Part shown: in pieces, positions 60,699-64,000 of the stretch
Numbering within the stretch: the first letter of the stretch is position 1
Layout: every line of letters begins with the position of its first letter
Assembly: GCA_963713695.1 (NCBI GenBank)
Contig: CAVQMU010000002.1
Location: 564,041-628,040, forward strand
Source of the DNA: an uncultured Alphaproteobacteria bacterium
Lineage (GTDB): Bacteria > Pseudomonadota > Alphaproteobacteria > Rhizobiales > Beijerinckiaceae
DNA length: 64,000 bases
Direction of reading: 5' to 3'
Program-made: the position numbers and the translations under genes
The notes under the pieces: model-generated
Told to the model about the DNA's origin: nothing
Database searches by the model: none
The model's input: the letters and a program-made list of their open reading frames with translations, nothing else

Positions 60699-61625
60699 GG
60701 TAAGCAGACGTTCGGGCAGGTCGCTGACGCCCTGGTAGAAGCCAAGCAGGCCGAATGGCGCAACGCGAAGCACAAGGCGCAATGGAAGATGACGCTGGAG
60801 GTCTACGCGGCGTCCCTTCGTTCGCGACCTGTTGACGAAATCGACACGGAAGCAGTGCTGAACGTCTTGCAACCGATTTGGCACGAAAAGCCGGAGACTG
60901 CTTCGCGGCTCAGAGGGCGGATTGAGAACGTCATTGACGCTGCAAGGGCGCGCGGATTCATCCCGCAGAATGAAGCCAACCCGGCGCGCTGGCGTGGCCA
61001 CTTGGACAAGCTGTTGGCGAAGCGCATGAAGCTGACGCGCGGTCATCATGCGGCGATGGCCTACGACGACGTTCCAGCCTTCATGAGTCGTCTGAAGGAG
61101 CGCGAGGCGATGGCGGCGCTTTGCCTTGAGTTCGTGATTTTGACAGCCTGCCGAAGTGACGAGGCGCTCAGCGCCAAATGGGCGGAGGTCGATCTTGATA
61201 AGAAGCTCTGGACGGTCCCGGCTGAGCGCATGAAGGCAGCTAGGGAACACCGCGTCCCCCTTGCGCCTCGTGCTGTCGAGATGTTGGAGAAGCTCGCGAA
61301 GAGCAAGACAAGCGAGTTCGTGTTTGCCGGCCATAAGGAAAACAGGCCGCTCTCAGGCATGGCAATGAACATGATGTTGCGCCGCCTGAAGGTGGACAAG
61401 GTGACGGTTCACGGGTTCCGCTCTTCGTTCCGCGACTGGGCAGGCAACGAGACACACTTCCCCCGCGAACTTGCTGAGGCGGCGCTGGCTCACGTCATAG
61501 GCGACAAGGCGGAACAGGCTTACAGGCGCTCGGATGCGCTGGAGAAGCGGCGCGCCTTAATGGAGGCATGGGCGAACCATTGTGAGGGGACGCAGGGCGG
61601 AAACGTGGTCCAGTTGAGGGCGTGA
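60699..61625 (+). pseudogene. tyrosine integrase C-terminal fragment (SAM-like domain plus catalytic domain), downstream of the IS insertion
   Basis: …TFGQVADALVEAKQAEWRNAKHKAQWKMTLEVYA… with catalytic residues R…H-x-x-R…Y (…VHGFRSSFRDWAGNETHFPRELAEAALAHV…AYRRSD). Confidence 0.8.
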
Positions 61626-61631
61626 CGGGGG

Positions 61632-62015
61632 TCAGAACTTGTGCGTCTTGATCTTGCAAGGCACAAACACGTAATTCAAAGAAGATGCCCCAAAATGAGC
61701 TATTTCTTCGCCAGAAACCGAGTCCCTGTTGAATGTGTAGGTTATGTTGTCGCCATCGTGCCACTTGATGATTGATGGCGTTGCGGAGTTGAGGTTGTAT
61801 GCATCGCCCTCAAGGAACGTAACTCTGTTGTTATCCAGATCGAAGGTGAATGTTACAGGTGCCTTCTCTTCAGGTTGTGATTGTACGGCCCGGCTTGGGT
61901 TGAAGGCAAATAGGGTACTCTTGCACGTAAGAGTTATTTCCTTAGCGAGCGCGCCTGAAGCCGATAGATTTGCTCCGACGCTCAGCGCCACCAAAAGTCC
62001 GACTCTCCGAAACAC
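61632..62015 (-). CDS. secreted hypothetical protein (127 aa), low-GC island cargo
   Basis: Signal peptide MFRRVGLLVALSVGANLSASGALA; GC content clearly below the flanking chromosome. Confidence 0.5.
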   Translation of the reverse strand: MFRRVGLLVALSVGANLSASGALAKEITLTCKSTLFAFNPSRAVQSQPEEKAPVTFTFDLDNNRVTFLEGDAYNLNSATPSIIKWHDGDNITYTFNRDSVSGEEIAHFGASSLNYVFVPCKIKTHKF

Positions 62016-62139
62016 CGCTTCCCCCTGTCCTCGATTGGATGGCCAAACGTAGGGCGTGAAGATTGACGGAAGCTTGCCGGACCTGAAGGGGAATAAGAAG
62101 GCTCATTCAATGGCTTGAGCCGGAAAAGGCCTCAATCTG

Positions 62140-62420
62140 CCCCGTTATGAGGAAGCGCCCGTGATGGAGCTGATTGGAAACGGGCGGACCTGAGGGCTTT
62201 TCATTACGATATAACAATGACTTGGTAGCCGAGAAGCATGGAATTTACGGACTTATGAGGAAGCCAACCAATTCCAGGCCGTTTGGATGCCTGAGGGGCC
62301 TCCCCAAAATTGGGGACACCCTCGGACTTCGAGGCGAATAGCCCTGCCAGTTCAGAAGCTTGCATGAAAAAAACCCGAAGTCTACGCACTTATGAGGGAA
62401 CGCGCCTCTCGTTGCGCCCC
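62140..62420. repeat. three degenerate ~60-bp direct repeats (core ACTTATGAGGAAGC…CCTGAGGG) spaced ~110-130 bp; iteron-like
   Basis: Copies begin near 62146, 62253 and 62386. They lie upstream of a small putative regulator and a RepA-like ATPase. Confidence 0.35.
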
Positions 62421-62511
62421 TGAAATACCCCCCCCCAAATTCGCCCCTTCCACCCAGCCCCCTCAGTGGGGCTTTTCTTGTTGTCAGTCTGTCATGAAAG
62501 GAAACACGACG

Positions 62512-62718
62512 ATGATGGTTACCATGAAATACCCAGAGCCGAGAGGCATCGAAGCGAACACCGAGTTCTATGGCTTCTACGTGAGGGCTACGGGAGAGAC
62601 CCGCCGCCTGTTGAGGGAAGCCCGTAGGAAGTTCGCAGAGCAACACGGCGCACCCCCAAGCAATTCGGTTCTGCTGAAGGAAATGGTCTGGCTCTACACG
62701 TCGCCTGAGCGTCCCTGA
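62512..62718 (+). CDS. small hypothetical protein (68 aa), possible RHH/regulatory protein of the integrated element
   Basis: MMVTMKYPEPRGIEANTEFYGFYVRATGETRRLLREARRKFAEQHGAPPSNSVLLKEMVWLYTSPERP; AGGAAA 7 nt upstream of the ATG. Confidence 0.45.
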   Translation: MMVTMKYPEPRGIEANTEFYGFYVRATGETRRLLREARRKFAEQHGAPPSNSVLLKEMVWLYTSPERP

Positions 62719-62735
62719 TTAACGACGGAATACAC

Positions 62736-64000
62736 ATGCAAACTGAAACCAAACCAATCTCCCCCGCACGGAAGAAGCGTGAGGCCCTCGCTGGGCAATA
62801 CGGGAGCTACGAGAACTACCTGAGCAAGCTGAGCCTTGTGGCGCGCTATGCCGACGAAGAGAAGGCCTTCAAGGCGAAGGTGGAGGCGCACCCGAAGATA
62901 ACCAAAGACACGATGAGCGAACTTCTGGACGGCATGGTGCCGTATTGGATGAACCCGTTCCTGCTCAGGTCGCTGAACCTCGCGTTGATCGGTTCCCCTG
63001 AGCTTTCCAACGAATGGAAGCAGGACAGCGGCAACGTGTCGGCGCGGTCCTTGAGGCTCGCGGGGGTCACCTATCAGGACTATTCGGACCTTGGATGGCC
63101 CCGTACTGCCGGTGCTGCGGTGCGTAAGGTCACGCCTGAGGAGCATGGCGAAATCTTGAGGAGGCTGAAGAGCGCGGGGCTGACGAAGCCGGGGGCTGAG
63201 GTTGCCACGGTCGGCAAGACGCTGGCTCAGATGATCGAAGAGGACCGCCCGGTTCCCGGATGGATCATTGAGGGCGTCCTGAGGTGGGGTGGAGCCGCGA
63301 TGGTCTATGGGCCTTCGGGCATCGGCAAGACGTGGCTGACACATACGCTCATGCTCTTGGCGGCGGCAGGCGAAGGCGCTGGCGTCTACAACGAACAGGT
63401 GGACCGCTGGACGCTCAAGGCCGGTGACCACAGGGGCGCAAAGGTTTGCCTGTTGGATGGAGAAATGATTACGGCGGACATCACAGCCCGCGCCAAGGTG
63501 CTTTGCGAGGCGCTGGGCTTGCGGATGACCGGAAGCGTCCAGGGGGTTGAGCCGATGGATTACGCTCAGCTTCGATTGGCGATGCTGGCCAGCGGCGACG
63601 ACTTAGCAGAGGTGGACGCCATCGTTCAGGGGCTTGCAAGCACCGATGCTGAGAAGTGCCTGAGGCTTGAGGGTTTTGGAGGCGGCGAGGGGCCTTGCGT
63701 CGATCTATCGCGTATCGTCGTTTACCCGAAGGCCGATCAGGACCACAGGGCGGAGTTTGTAGACCTCGCGGACGCCGCATGGAAACACAGGATCGTTGAG
63801 TTCTGCAAGGCGCAGGGGATCAAGGTTCTAATCCTCGATAACCTCGCGACCCTCAGCGAGAGCCTTGAGGATGAGAACTCAGCGGCAAACTGGAATCCGC
63901 TCAACTCGCTCGTTGTCGCGCTGAAGAAAGAGGGTGTCGCCACCATCGTAGTTCACCACGCCAACAAGGGAAACCAAGGCTACCGGGGATCATCCAATCT
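62736..64000 (+). CDS. AAA_25/RepA-like P-loop ATPase (phage/plasmid replication or primase-associated helicase domain); 3' end beyond the window
   Basis: Open frame from ATG 62736 to the window end; absent from the ORF track because it has no stop. Walker A MVYGPSGIGKTW; …KVLILDNLATLSE… and …ATIVVHHANKGNQGYRGSS typical of the RecA-like AAA_25 family. Confidence 0.7.
   Translation, partial: MQTETKPISPARKKREALAGQYGSYENYLSKLSLVARYADEEKAFKAKVEAHPKITKDTMSELLDGMVPYWMNPFLLRSLNLALIGSPELSNEWKQDSGNVSARSLRLAGVTYQDYSDLGWPRTAGAAVRKVTPEEHGEILRRLKSAGLTKPGAEVATVGKTLAQMIEEDRPVPGWIIEGVLRWGGAAMVYGPSGIGKTWLTHTLMLLAAAGEGAGVYNEQVDRWTLKAGDHRGAKVCLLDGEMITADITARAKVLCEALGLRMTGSVQGVEPMDYAQLRLAMLASGDDLAEVDAIVQGLASTDAEKCLRLEGFGGGEGPCVDLSRIVVYPKADQDHRAEFVDLADAAWKHRIVEFCKAQGIKVLILDNLATLSESLEDENSAANWNPLNSLVVALKKEGVATIVVHHANKGNQGYRGSSN

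Overview
GC-rich (~65%) chromosomal segment. Gene content and context look like an alphaproteobacterium (Rhizobiales-like); this is an inference from gene neighbourhoods and repeat types, not from a search. Core genes: ilvE (3' part), a MarR–OmpR-type response regulator–histidine kinase operon, ybjN–proC, ubiK-like, lgt–midA-like methyltransferase–pgeF, yqeY, carA, panB, dnaG, rpoD, 5-formyl-THF cyclo-ligase, a YmdB-like phosphoesterase, yebC, an acyl-CoA synthetase, purE–purK. Accessory content: (i) an AT-rich glycosylation locus with a GT47/exostosin-like glycosyltransferase, UDP-xylose synthase, GT61 and GT2 glycosyltransferases and a TetR regulator; (ii) a chemoreceptor with a C-terminal PilZ domain; (iii) a PEP-CTERM surface protein; (iv) a flotillin-like SPFH protein; (v) a cluster of very small membrane or stress proteins (two DUF3309-like, DUF4142, a 26-aa peptide) carrying sigma-EcfG-type GGAAC-N16/17-CGTT promoter motifs; (vi) two adjacent transglutaminase-like genes; (vii) a roughly 1,450-aa glycine-rich PATR-repeat secreted protein; (viii) a SAM–adenylate cyclase–AAA–TPR signalling protein next to a CRP-family regulator; (ix) a phage-type integrase split by an IS256-family insertion with a 9-bp target duplication, followed by low-GC cargo (iteron-like repeats, a small regulator, an AAA_25/RepA-like ATPase running off the window). 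Repeats: 32-bp hairpin-containing tandem repeats between yqeY and carA, and a REP/MITE-like palindromic element after rpoD. Several genes (PEP-CTERM protein, NTF2-like protein, the giant repeat protein) carry single-base frameshifts, two of them in homopolymers; these may be sequencing errors. No rRNA, CRISPR array or convincing tRNA gene was found.
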